From positions 11,562 through 75,561 of the forward strand of contig CAVQGX010000040.1 in NCBI GenBank assembly GCA_963712115.1: DNA of 64,000 nucleotides, in the 5' to 3' direction. The notes under the pieces are model-generated. The model did no database searches. It saw only the letters and a program-made list of their open reading frames with translations, and was not told the DNA's origin. Both the position numbers and the translations under genes were made by a program. Numbering within the stretch: the first letter of the stretch is position 1; each line of letters starts with the position of its first letter. Of this stretch, positions 42,732 through 53,042 are shown piece after piece. The stretch is from an uncultured delta proteobacterium (lineage in GTDB: Bacteria > Desulfobacterota > Syntrophobacteria > BM002).

Positions 42732-43867
42732 ATTCCGCTGCAAACAAGAGGGCAATTCTTTTCGTCATCGATGGCCTGGAGTTTGGGGGAGGAGAACGGC
42801 TCTTTCTGCAATTAGCCTCAAAGCTGAGAGATCGCTACCACTTTTTTGTGGCAACAGGCAGTGGGGGGAAGTTTGCCCATGAGTTAAGAAATTTGGACAT
42901 AGAGGTATTTTCCCTAAACATGACCCGACAACTGGCTCTTAAGCCATTCTATCAGATTAGAGATATTATCAGGCGTAGGGAAATCAAATTGGTGCATAGC
43001 CAAGGCGCACGAGCAGATTTTTTTAGCAGGATCGCGGGTAGAAGGGCCAGAGTGCCTCATATCGTATCCACAATACAAATGCCAGTGGAAGGATTTGAGG
43101 TTGGCTTTTTGCGGAGGATGATCTATAGGCTCATGGATCAGTTTTCGGGGCGATACGTCGATCGTTTCATAGTGGTCTCAGAATCTTTGAGGAAAACCTT
43201 AACTGAGGGGCGTGGGATCTCCGATGACCGGGTCGTAAAAATATACAATGGCATCGAACTTGATCAATTTCACCCCGATCTGAAGCGCTCAAACCTGAGG
43301 AAGCAATGGGGTATCACTACAGAGGAACCCATCATCGGTGCTATTGGTAGATTGGTCTGGCAAAAGGGATTCGAGTATCTAATTGAGGCGATGCCAGAAA
43401 TTTTACAGGATATTTCCCAAGCGAAGCTTCTATTAGTAGGGGAAGGGCCACTGCGCCATGAACTAGAAGTTTTAGCTCGGGAGCTAGGTGTATATACGAG
43501 AGTGATCTTCGCCGGTTTTCGCTCAGATATTCAGGACCTCCTTTCCATTATAGACATTCTTTCTGTTCCTTCTCTCTTGGAAGGCTTTCCAATGATAACC
43601 CTTGAAGCCATGGCCATGGCGAAACCTATTGTCGCCACTCAAATCGAAGGTATTGTTGAACAAATATCGGACAACGACGAAGGGATTCTTGTGCCACCAA
43701 AAGACACCGAGGCTCTAGCATCAGCTATCCTGAAACTTATTAAGGACAGAGAACTTGGGAATCGGCTGGGAGTAGCTGCGAGAAGTAAAATCGAACGCTG
43801 CTTCTCGGTTGACAAAATGGTTAAAGAAACAGAAATGGTTTATCTTTCTCTCCTTGAATCGACCTAG
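42728..43867 (+). CDS. Glycosyltransferase family 4
   Basis: FGGGE, PSLLEGFPMITLEAMAMAKPIV. Confidence 0.9.
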   Translation: MNSAANKRAILFVIDGLEFGGGERLFLQLASKLRDRYHFFVATGSGGKFAHELRNLDIEVFSLNMTRQLALKPFYQIRDIIRRREIKLVHSQGARADFFSRIAGRRARVPHIVSTIQMPVEGFEVGFLRRMIYRLMDQFSGRYVDRFIVVSESLRKTLTEGRGISDDRVVKIYNGIELDQFHPDLKRSNLRKQWGITTEEPIIGAIGRLVWQKGFEYLIEAMPEILQDISQAKLLLVGEGPLRHELEVLARELGVYTRVIFAGFRSDIQDLLSIIDILSVPSLLEGFPMITLEAMAMAKPIVATQIEGIVEQISDNDEGILVPPKDTEALASAILKLIKDRELGNRLGVAARSKIERCFSVDKMVKETEMVYLSLLEST

Positions 43868-43868
43868 A

Positions 43869-44720
43869 ATGAAAACGTGTCCCTATTGCGGTAAATCAGG
43901 GAATTTGTATCTTGCGATGACATCCAGAAGTTACTACCGGTGTCTCGGCTGCGATCTTATCTTTAGGGATATCTCAGAGTCCCATGATGATGTGGTCGCC
44001 ACTTACCGTGATGATTATTTCAGCGACTATTCCACCGATCAGTTAGGAGGACAACGGGTAAGGTTATTTGATCACATATTAGATTTATTGGCAAAACATG
44101 GTGAAGCGGGAAGATTACTTGACGTAGGCACCGGCTGTGGCCTTTTTCTGGTCGCTGCGCAGAAACGACAATGGGAAGTTAAAGGAGTTGAACCCTCAAT
44201 GCAATCAGTCGAAGTGGCTCGTCGCCAGAATGGTCTCGATGTCTTTACTGGCACTCTTCAAGAATATGCCGAAAACAGCAGATTTGATGTGGTCACCTTT
44301 ATCAACGTCCTTGACCATTCATCTCTGCCATGGTTTGAAATCAGACGGGCCAGCCAGCTTCTTCGACCGGGAGGTCTAATTTACCTCCGCTTCCCCAACG
44401 GTTTGCTCCACAGCCGAATCTACCGTTTGGCCCACAAATGGAACTTTAGCTATCTGCTGCGCAGATTTCTGGTATTTCACGTGTATTCCTTTACACCAGG
44501 ATACATCAGGGGGCTTTTGCGCGATCATGGCTTTATCCAGTCCACCATTCAAAACTCTCCTCCCTCGGAAGGGGATCCCTATGAGCTTTTTCGAGACCCA
44601 AGCTTTGCAACTTACGTCAAACGACTCATCTATTTAATTGCCAAATGTACTGAAACCATCAGCTGTAGACGATTGCTCTTGGGTACGTCACTGGAAGTCA
44701 CGGCGCTAAAGCCAAATTAA
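43869..44720 (+). CDS. Class I SAM-dependent methyltransferase with N-terminal Zn ribbon
   Basis: CPYC..CLGC, LLDVGTGCG, FDVVTFINVLDH. Confidence 0.88.
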   Translation: MKTCPYCGKSGNLYLAMTSRSYYRCLGCDLIFRDISESHDDVVATYRDDYFSDYSTDQLGGQRVRLFDHILDLLAKHGEAGRLLDVGTGCGLFLVAAQKRQWEVKGVEPSMQSVEVARRQNGLDVFTGTLQEYAENSRFDVVTFINVLDHSSLPWFEIRRASQLLRPGGLIYLRFPNGLLHSRIYRLAHKWNFSYLLRRFLVFHVYSFTPGYIRGLLRDHGFIQSTIQNSPPSEGDPYELFRDPSFATYVKRLIYLIAKCTETISCRRLLLGTSLEVTALKPN

Positions 44721-44869
44721 CTTTACGCCCGCTGACCGAATATACGTTCAACATCTCAGAGTAACCTCATGATTTGTGGCTTCCTGCTAACGCAAACCCA
44801 AATTACAGATTGCTTACTAGAAAGCGGAGAGCTAGACCAAAATAGCCTCGGCAAGATTGGGCTCAGCCA

Positions 44870-46096
44870 TTGGACCAATCCTTGAACATCCTTCTCGTTG
44901 CAGACGTAACCATAGCTAGAATCATTGGTGGAGCCGAGCGGGTGTTGTATGAGGAAAGTACCCGTCTCGCCAAAAAAGGGCATGCCGTCCGCGTCCTAAC
45001 CCGCAAGTTACCTTATCATAAAGCCGATGTGGAAAATATTAATGAAGTTGAAGAGCATCGATATAATTTCGAGGAGAAGCTCTTTCCATTCTTTTTCAAA
45101 TCTATCATGTCTGATTGCAGAAGGACATTTCGCTCTCTGGAAGAAAATATCTCCTTTGACATCATAAATTTCCACCAACCATTTTCTGCAATAGGTGTCC
45201 TCTCTTTAATCGGCAGTCGCAGGGTTCCTTACATTTATACATGCCACTCCCTGTCATTCGAGGAGTACATTAGCCGATCATCTTCCCCTGGTAATCCTAT
45301 AAAGTGGATACTTCACCACTTACAAATTAGCGCCAGAAAATCCATTGAGCGAACGGTCCTGAAGAGATCTGATCAGATCGTAGTTTTGAGCGAATACACC
45401 CGGGAGAAACTTCAGCGAACATATGAGTTGCCATCTTCGAAGGTAAGTGTAATTCCGGGGGGGGTTGATCTCGAGCGCTTTAGACCATCTACTGACAAGG
45501 CTCAAGTTCGGGCTCGCATTGGTTTACCAGAGGACAAATTCATTCTCTTTACGGTCAGAAACCTTGTCCCGCGCATGGGCTTGGAGAACCTCATCTCAGC
45601 CTTCGAAATTGTTCAAAATGGTCGCCCAGACCTCTTACTGGTGATTGGAGGTGCCGGCCCGTTAGAACCTTCACTCAAGGAACAAGCCAGGAGATGCGGA
45701 GTAGAGGACTTTGTCCGATTTGCCGGTTACATTCCTGACGAAGACTTGCCATCTTATTACCAGATGGCAGACCTTTTCATTCTCCCCACAACCGAATTGG
45801 AAGGATTCGGCCTGGTCACCGTAGAGGCACTGGCCTCTGGTCTGCCCGTGCTTGGTACCCCGGTTGGAGGAACCAAAGAAATCCTAACCAAACTTGGATC
45901 GGATTATTTATTCGATGATTCAACTCCCCAGTCGATTGCCAACGGCATACTTAAATCCCTGAATGGTTGGGCCACAAATCAGGCAGCCTATAAGAACATC
46001 TCTGAGACTTGCCGGAAGGTTGCCGAACATCACTATTCCTGGGACAACCATGTGAGCAAGTTGGAAGATCTCTTCTATTCCATGTTAGGTAATTAA
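44870..46096 (+). CDS. Glycosyltransferase family 4
   Basis: GGAER, EGFGLVTVEALASGLPV. Confidence 0.9.
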   Translation: MDQSLNILLVADVTIARIIGGAERVLYEESTRLAKKGHAVRVLTRKLPYHKADVENINEVEEHRYNFEEKLFPFFFKSIMSDCRRTFRSLEENISFDIINFHQPFSAIGVLSLIGSRRVPYIYTCHSLSFEEYISRSSSPGNPIKWILHHLQISARKSIERTVLKRSDQIVVLSEYTREKLQRTYELPSSKVSVIPGGVDLERFRPSTDKAQVRARIGLPEDKFILFTVRNLVPRMGLENLISAFEIVQNGRPDLLLVIGGAGPLEPSLKEQARRCGVEDFVRFAGYIPDEDLPSYYQMADLFILPTTELEGFGLVTVEALASGLPVLGTPVGGTKEILTKLGSDYLFDDSTPQSIANGILKSLNGWATNQAAYKNISETCRKVAEHHYSWDNHVSKLEDLFYSMLGN

Positions 46097-46102
46097 AAAC
46101 CT

Positions 46103-48020
46103 ATGTGTGGCATTTGCGGTAAGATCTCCCTGAAAAGTGAGACCATCTCATCCGATCTGATCTTCAGGATGATGTCTTCCCTGGCCCATCGAGGTCCTGA
46201 TGATGAGGGATCCTATATTAAGAGTGTAAGGACCAACGGTGGCTCAAACCTCACTCTAGGCCTCGGTCATAAAAGACTGAGCATCATTGATCTTTCGCCG
46301 GACGGCAGACAGCCCCTAACAAACGAGGACGAAAGTCTTTGGTTAATTTTCAACGGTGAGATTTACAATCACCCTACCCTGCGCCAAGAGTTGATGGCCC
46401 GGGGTCATCTTTTCAGGTCCCAGACGGATTCTGAAGTCATCCTTCACCTTTACGAGGAAAAGGGTATCGATGCACTCCAGGACTTCAACGGCATGTTTGC
46501 CTTTGCTCTTTGGGATGAAGCCAAACAAAGGCTTTATCTTTGTCGTGACCGCTTGGGAATAAAACCCCTGGTCTATTTCCAAGATAACGCTTCTCTCGTT
46601 TTCGCTTCCGAAATTCAGGCGTTGCTGCAAGACAAGAGCATCCCCAGGGAACTGGACTGGGAGGCCCTGAGACTCTACCTTACATTCAACTATGTGCCGG
46701 CCCCTTTAACCATATATCAAGGAATAAGTAAGCTACTGCCCGGACATTATCTCCTTTGGGAAAAGGGCAGCGTTTCCACCCATCAATACTGGGACATTCC
46801 CTCGAATGACCAATCAAATTCCTCCGACGATTTTCATCAGCACAGCCAGAACACTCCGGCAGACACTCGAGGACGCCGTCAAACTCAGAATGATTGCCGA
46901 CGTTCCCCTGGGGGCATTCCTGAGTGGTGGTGTGGATTCCAGTATTATTGTGGCACTCATGGCCAGAAACTCTGCAAACCAGGTCAAAACCTTCAACATC
47001 AGCTATCCAGACTTGCCCGTGTACGATGAGAGCAGCTACGCCCGCGAAGTAGCTGCCATGTACAACACCGATCATCATGAAATCAGGCTCAATTCAAATG
47101 AAATACTTCAAATTATCCCTGAAGCTCTTTCCTCATTAGGAGAGCCATTTGCCGACTCATCCATGCTGCCAACCTTTGTGGTCTCAAGGGAAACGAGAAA
47201 AGATGTGACCGTTGCGCTGGCCGGTGATGGTGGCGATGAACTCTTTGCCGGCTATCGGTTATATCTTGGGGAGACCTTCTTTAAATACTATGACTATTTT
47301 CCACAATGGTTCAGGAGGTACGGTCTTGAAAGTTGGATTTCTCTTCTGCCAGACTCTCGCAACATAAAGTGGTTGGAATATGTCCGGAGGGTAAAGAAGT
47401 TTATCCGTGGTGCCCGGGGTGACCTTATTAACCGTTTATTCCTGTGGAGAGAAGTGTTCTCGGACGAATTAATAACTGCCCTTTTGAATGGGGAGCCAAA
47501 ATCCCATGAATCAGAGTCTGGTGAATCCTGGCTGAGAGCAATTGACCGGTGGCCCGAAGACGACCTCAATCGTCTGCTCTACGTGGAAGTCAAAGACTCC
47601 CTCCCCTGCGACATGCTCACCAAGGTGGATTTGATGAGCATGAAAAAAGCTCTCGAGGTTCGTGTTCCTTTTCTGGATCACCGGGTAGTTGAGCTGGCTT
47701 TTCGGATACCGGGCTCTATGAAATTAAGGGGTTTAAAGAGAAAATACATCCTAGTGGAGACCTTCAAAGATCTCCTCCCCCCTAGCCTGCTGCACCGTCC
47801 GAAACAAGGCTTTGAAGTGCCTATCAGCGCCTGGTTAAAAAAGGATTTGAACCATATGCTAGAGGAATACCTCTCACCTCAATTGCTAAAAGACCAGGGC
47901 ATCTTTAGCTCAAAAGTGGTCGAGGGTTTGAAAAGGGATCTTATGCTAAATCGCCGAGACACTTCGTGGCTTCTGTGGAATCTCATCGTTTTCCAGCACT
48001 GGTATTCAGGTCAAAAGTGA
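46103..48020 (+). CDS. asnB: Asparagine synthase (glutamine-hydrolysing)-like amidotransferase (frameshift ~46845)
   Basis: MCGICG, HRGPD, FNGEIYN, RDRLGIKPL; FLSGGVDSS, GDGGDELFAGY, EVRVPFLD in ORF 46806-48020. Confidence 0.9.
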
Positions 48021-49281
48021 ACAAGCATATTAAAGTCATCCACATAATCACCCGCCTGGACATGGGCGGCTCCGCGCAGAATACTCTGCTTACGGCTTTG
48101 AACCATGATCCCCAGCGTTACAGTGTCTGTCTGATCAAGGGCTCATCGCACGAATCTGCCATGACCGAGGCGGAGACTCAACTCGTAAACGAGCAATTGG
48201 CAGACTGCCAAGAAAACAGGGCATCGAAATCATTGATCTTCCCTCACTGGTTCGACGCATTTCATCCTTTAAATGACATTGAAGGCTTTCGTCTCCATTT
48301 TTCGATCTTCTCCGCAGATCGAAGCCGGACATCGTTCATACCCACACCTCAAAGGCTGGAATACTGGGTAGGTTGGCTGCCTGGATGGCCCGGGTTCCCA
48401 TCATCATTCACACCCCCCACGGACACGTTTTTTACGGTCATTTCGGCAGGTCGCTGTCCAGGATATTTCTTCAGATGGAAAAACTGCTTGGCAGAATCAC
48501 TCATCATCAAATTGCCCTCACTCCGGAAGAATGCAATGACTATCTGAGTTTGAGCGTGTCAAAACCCAGCAACACCACCGTTATCCACAGCGGAGTGGAT
48601 GTCCATCGATTCATTGAGGGAGCCAAACAGCGTCCCAGAAAGAGAAAGGAGTTAGGCATCCCAGCCGATTCGCTCGTGATAGGGTACGTGGGCTGGCTCA
48701 TCCCAATTAAAGGAGTCACCTATTTGGTGAGTGCCATGGCAAAAGTCGCAGAAAAATACCCGAAAAGTCTATTAGTCCTGGTTGGCAAGGGAGATGACAA
48801 GGGTGAGGAGGAAGTTCATTTAAGAAAGCAAGTAGAAAATCTAGGCCTAGCTGACAAGGTACATTTTTTGGGCTGGCGCTCTGATGTGGATGAGATCATG
48901 GGCTGTTTCGACATTTTCGTTTTACCATCTCTGAATGAGGGTATGGGCAGGGTTTTGGTGGAGGCCATGGCAGCAGGTTTGCCCATTGTGGCCAGCCGGG
49001 TCGGCGGCATTCCTGACCTGGTAAAAGATGGCAAAAATGGCCTTCTCGTTCCTCCTGCGGATGCTCCTGCCCTGGCAAAAGCCATTTCCGACCTCCTCAA
49101 AGACAAGGAAAAACGGAACCGGATGGGAGAAGCCGGCAAGAAGATGTGCCGTCCTTACAGCGCTGAGGCGATGGTGGAGCAAATCGATGATCTATACAAA
49201 GAGCTTTTAAAAAAGTACACCCACAACCGAGATTCTCGGGTCCGATTTTTGCTAGATAAACACAGCGAAGAGCTCAAATGA
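48017..49281 (+). CDS. Glycosyltransferase family 4 (frameshifts ~48200-48300)
   Basis: VIHIITRLDMGGSAQNT start; HTPHGH; PSLNEGMGRVLVEAMAAG. Confidence 0.85.
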
Positions 49282-49300
49282 TCGAGGAGTTACAGTTTCC

Positions 49301-49987
49301 ATGACGGTGGTCGCCATCCATCAGCCGCAGTATCTCCCCTGGCTGGGCTATTTCGACAAGTTGGACCGCTGTGATGTCTTCTGCTTATTGGATACAGTTC
49401 AGTACAAGAAAAACGAATTCCAAAACCGTAACCGGATCAAAACTGCTGATGGCTGGCAATGGCTCACCGTTCCCGTGACCTATCGTTTTCCTCAGCGAAT
49501 TAATGAGGTGGGAGTTAATCAAACGGTGGACTGGCAGCGGAAACATCTGGAGGCCTTAAAAACCAACTACAGTAAGGCCCCATTTTTTGACACCTATTAT
49601 GCAAGCTTTGACAAGTTCTACCAGAAGTCCTATGAGATGATAGTAGACGTCAATGTGGCATCTATCGATCTACTAGTGCAGCTTTTGGGGCTCGAGGGGA
49701 AGTTGGTCTTGGCCTCATCGCTTCAGGTGGAAACAGAAGACCCTACTCTCCGTCTAGTGGAAATTTGCAAGATCCTGGGGGGAGATTTTTATCTTAGTGG
49801 CAGAGACGGTGCCAAGTACATGGATGTTGATATGTTCCAGAATCACAAAATCGAGGTCCTCTTTCAGAATTTCAAACACCCACAATATCCGCAGTGCTAC
49901 GCGCCATTTGAACCTAATATGTCTGTTGTAGATCTTCTATTCAACTGTGGCCCGGAGAGTTTGGCCATCATCAGAGAGGCAGAATAA
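49301..49987 (+). CDS. WbqC family protein
   Basis: AIHQPQYLPWLGYF, NRNRI, WLTVP, SVVDLLFNCG. Confidence 0.92.
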   Translation: MTVVAIHQPQYLPWLGYFDKLDRCDVFCLLDTVQYKKNEFQNRNRIKTADGWQWLTVPVTYRFPQRINEVGVNQTVDWQRKHLEALKTNYSKAPFFDTYYASFDKFYQKSYEMIVDVNVASIDLLVQLLGLEGKLVLASSLQVETEDPTLRLVEICKILGGDFYLSGRDGAKYMDVDMFQNHKIEVLFQNFKHPQYPQCYAPFEPNMSVVDLLFNCGPESLAIIREAE

Positions 49988-50614
49988 ATGATCAAACGTA
50001 TGAACATCTTGGCAATCGGAGCACATCCCGATGACATCGAGTATGGTTGTGCTGCAACGCTGATCAAATATGCCGAACGAGATCACCGCATTCACCTCAT
50101 GGTCCTTACTAAGGGTGAAGAGGGAGGCGAAAGCGAGGTACGCCATGAGGAGCAGCTTGCAGCGGCCGAAATTATTGGGGCCAAGCAGGTTTTCTGGGGA
50201 GGGTATCGTGACACCCAGATGCCTCTCAATAAAGAACTGATCGACAAGATTGAAGAGGTACTTGTGGATGTAGAACCGGATCTTATTCTCGTCAACTACG
50301 GGGACGACACCCACCAGGATCATCGCGTTCTCACCGAAGCCACCATGTCTGCCACCAGGTATGTTCGCAATGTCCTCTTTTTTGAGGTCCCCACCACCCA
50401 GAACTTCAACCCCCAGGTCTTTGTTGACATCTCCGACACTCTGGAACGCAAATTTCAGGTTCTAAAGGCACATGAATCTCAGGTTATGAAGACCAACATC
50501 GAGAACATGTCCATTGTTGAACTCGCAAGCGCAAACGCCACTTTCAGGGGAATACAAGGCAGGGTAAAATTCGCTGAAGCTTTTGCCCCTTTGCGACTCT
50601 TCATAAATATCTGA
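49988..50614 (+). CDS. PIG-L family deacetylase
   Basis: AHPDDIE, HQDH, HESQ. Confidence 0.9.
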   Translation: MIKRMNILAIGAHPDDIEYGCAATLIKYAERDHRIHLMVLTKGEEGGESEVRHEEQLAAAEIIGAKQVFWGGYRDTQMPLNKELIDKIEEVLVDVEPDLILVNYGDDTHQDHRVLTEATMSATRYVRNVLFFEVPTTQNFNPQVFVDISDTLERKFQVLKAHESQVMKTNIENMSIVELASANATFRGIQGRVKFAEAFAPLRLFINI

Positions 50615-50627
50615 TCTGGCAGGTGCA

Positions 50628-51689
50628 GTGGAACGAAACGTGACCATCACTCATTCCCGCCCTTCTCTGGACGATGAGGAAATCCGCCTTCTTCAAAATG
50701 TCCTTACCTCCGGCCAACTCGCCCAAGGCCCACAAGTAAGAGGTTTTGAAGAGGAACTGGGAACTTTTCATGGACTTCCCCCTGGAGTTGCCACCTCATC
50801 GGGCACGGCCGCTATCCATGTGGCTCTACTCTCCTTGGGAGTTGGCCAGGGTGACGAGGTCCTCCTGCCCTCTTATGTGTGCTCCGCCCCTCTGCATGCC
50901 GTTTATCACTCTGGAGCGACACCGGTGCTGGTTGATGTAGATCCGGTAACCGGCAATATGGATCCCAATGATCTCAAAAGACGGCTTACCCCCAAATCTA
51001 AGGCGATCATTGTGGTTCATCTCTTTGGATTGCCTGCAAACCTTGGGGAGATATCGACTCATGGTCTTCCAGTGATCGAAGATTGCGCTCAGGCATTAGG
51101 GGCAGAATTAGGCAGTGAAAAGGTTGGGACTCTCGGTAACTTGGCCATATGCTCATTCTATGCAACCAAGATCATCACCACCGGAGAAGGAGGAATGCTC
51201 CTTTCCCAAGACCTCGCTCTACTGGAAAGAGCAAGAGATCTCAGGGATTACGACAAAAAGAAAGATTTCAAGGTGCGCTTTAATTACAAAATGACAGATC
51301 TTCAGGCGGCATTGGGTCGCAGTCAACTACAAAAACTTGAAAGATTCTTGGGCCAGAGAGAAGCATTGGCCGGAGCTTACAACAAACAACTGGCAACGCT
51401 TCCTTGCACTCTACCTCCATCACAAGAAGGGAGAATCTATTATCGGTATGTAGTCTCGAGTCAGGGAAATGTCAGGGAACTGATCCAAAAACTATTGAAT
51501 ATGGGCATAGAGGTTGCAAGACCGGTTTACCGACCACTACACCGATACTTTAAACTGGAAGATTATCCCGGTGCTGAGATGGCCTGGAAGTCTCATATAT
51601 CACTGCCAATCCATCCATCCCTCACGTCTCAGGATGTGCATCGAGTGTGCCAGGCTTTGCATCAGGTTTTGAAGGAGAATTCTCAGTGA
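50628..51689 (+). CDS. DegT/DnrJ/EryC1/StrS aminotransferase
   Basis: SSGTAA, VIEDCAQA, SFYATKIITTGEGG. Confidence 0.92.
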   Translation: MERNVTITHSRPSLDDEEIRLLQNVLTSGQLAQGPQVRGFEEELGTFHGLPPGVATSSGTAAIHVALLSLGVGQGDEVLLPSYVCSAPLHAVYHSGATPVLVDVDPVTGNMDPNDLKRRLTPKSKAIIVVHLFGLPANLGEISTHGLPVIEDCAQALGAELGSEKVGTLGNLAICSFYATKIITTGEGGMLLSQDLALLERARDLRDYDKKKDFKVRFNYKMTDLQAALGRSQLQKLERFLGQREALAGAYNKQLATLPCTLPPSQEGRIYYRYVVSSQGNVRELIQKLLNMGIEVARPVYRPLHRYFKLEDYPGAEMAWKSHISLPIHPSLTSQDVHRVCQALHQVLKENSQ

Positions 51690-52831
51690 AAAAAAATCAT
51701 CAACTTCTCCTACCTGCCTGGTATTACTTTGCAACCTTACTCTTGCTCGGATTCGTATTTTTTCCGGCCACCCGTAACTTTTTCGCCCTAACGGGCAGAC
51801 GCTGGCTCTATATCCTGATATTAGCTTTCACTTTCAGTGGATTGACCACACCCATTTGCAGGGGTCTCGCAAAGCACTGGGGTCTGGTAGATAACCCCAG
51901 TGGGCACAAAATTCACAAGGAACCAACACCTCTTTTGGGTGGGGCTGCTGTTTTTCTCGGATTTTTCCTGCCACTCCTCATCAATGGCATCTTCAGCCGC
52001 GAGTTCGGGGCCATCCTGATCGCTGCCATGATCCTCTTTATTTTAGGGGTGTTTGATGACACCTTGAACTTGAAGGCCCATGTCAAACTGATTGTTCAAA
52101 TTGTTCTTGCCGTTGGTCTGACCTTCGTTGGAGTCCGGCTTGTCCTTTTTCCCGAAACTGCCCTACTCGGCAGCATTGTCAATCGTCTTCTGTCTGTGAT
52201 CTGGATCGTCGGTATCACCAATGCCATGAATTTTTTCGATGGCATGGACGGACTTGCCGCCGGGGTCTCTGCAATTATTGCTTTCTTTCTGGCCATTGTC
52301 GCCATGCAGATGGACTCTCCCTTTGTAGGCTGGGCGGCTGTTGCCATGCTGGGCGCCTGCCTCGGATTTCTGCCATATAACTTCCGACCATGGAAGCGAG
52401 CCCTCATCTTTCTTGGCGATGCAGGAAGCACTACCATCGGTTTCGTTTTGGGCTCTCTAGCAATATATAGCGATTGGGCTGACTTCAATCCTGTGGTTTC
52501 GATCTTTTCTCCCATCTTAATATTCTGGATTCTCATCTTTGATATGGCCCACATTACCCTATTCAGGGTGGTCAGGGGCAAAACCCGTACCTTCCGTGAA
52601 TGGATCGAGTATGTTGGCCACGATCATTTGCACCATCGTATGGCCCGGGTGCTTGGTGGTGCCACTCAGAGTGTTCTTTTTATTTACCTCCTTACCATCT
52701 GCCTGGGTTTGAGCGCCCTGCTCCTCCGTTACTCCACTCCTTTCGCCGGTTTTCTTTTGCTGTGCCAGGCATTTATTATTGTAGTGTTGGTTTCTATTCT
52801 AGAGGCGAAAAACGGGAAAGAGTATCAATAA
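51686..52831 (+). CDS. wecA: MraY/WecA-family polyprenyl-phosphate sugar-1-phosphate transferase
   Basis: PTPLLGG, GVFDD, NAMNFFDGMDGL, IFLGDAGS, HLHH. Confidence 0.88.
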   Translation: MKKNHQLLLPAWYYFATLLLLGFVFFPATRNFFALTGRRWLYILILAFTFSGLTTPICRGLAKHWGLVDNPSGHKIHKEPTPLLGGAAVFLGFFLPLLINGIFSREFGAILIAAMILFILGVFDDTLNLKAHVKLIVQIVLAVGLTFVGVRLVLFPETALLGSIVNRLLSVIWIVGITNAMNFFDGMDGLAAGVSAIIAFFLAIVAMQMDSPFVGWAAVAMLGACLGFLPYNFRPWKRALIFLGDAGSTTIGFVLGSLAIYSDWADFNPVVSIFSPILIFWILIFDMAHITLFRVVRGKTRTFREWIEYVGHDHLHHRMARVLGGATQSVLFIYLLTICLGLSALLLRYSTPFAGFLLLCQAFIIVVLVSILEAKNGKEYQ

Positions 52832-52855
52832 CACCTGAATTTGCTTTTAGACAAT

Positions 52856-52894
52856 TAAAGGCCGCGGCGAATGCAATTCAGCCGCGGCCGATTT
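52856..52894 (+). terminator. Hairpin, probable terminator of the EPS operon
   Basis: ggccgcggc-gaatgcaattca-gccgcggcc followed by an AT-rich tract. Confidence 0.5.
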
Positions 52895-52900
52895 ATTTTG

Positions 52901-53014
52901 AATGGAGTGCTGGAGTAATGGAGTAACGAAGATTGCGAATTACGGATTTCGAATTTGGAAAGGCATGGAGCATAGGGTTAAGATTTCGAAATTCGAATTT
53001 CGAAATTCGAAATT
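52901..53014. repeat. Short tandem repeat mosaic
   Basis: aatggagtgctggagtaatggagt, gcatggagcatag, and atttcga/aattcga units. Confidence 0.7.
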
Positions 53015-53042
53015 AAAAATCCTCTGACCTCTCATTGTAAAT

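Noticed and set aside
46103-48020. AsnB homolog as a lasso cyclase for the YxxP precursor
   Set aside because: It keeps the N-terminal Cys glutaminase domain (MCGICG), sits among glycosyltransferases 31 kb away, and no lasso B2 protease is present.
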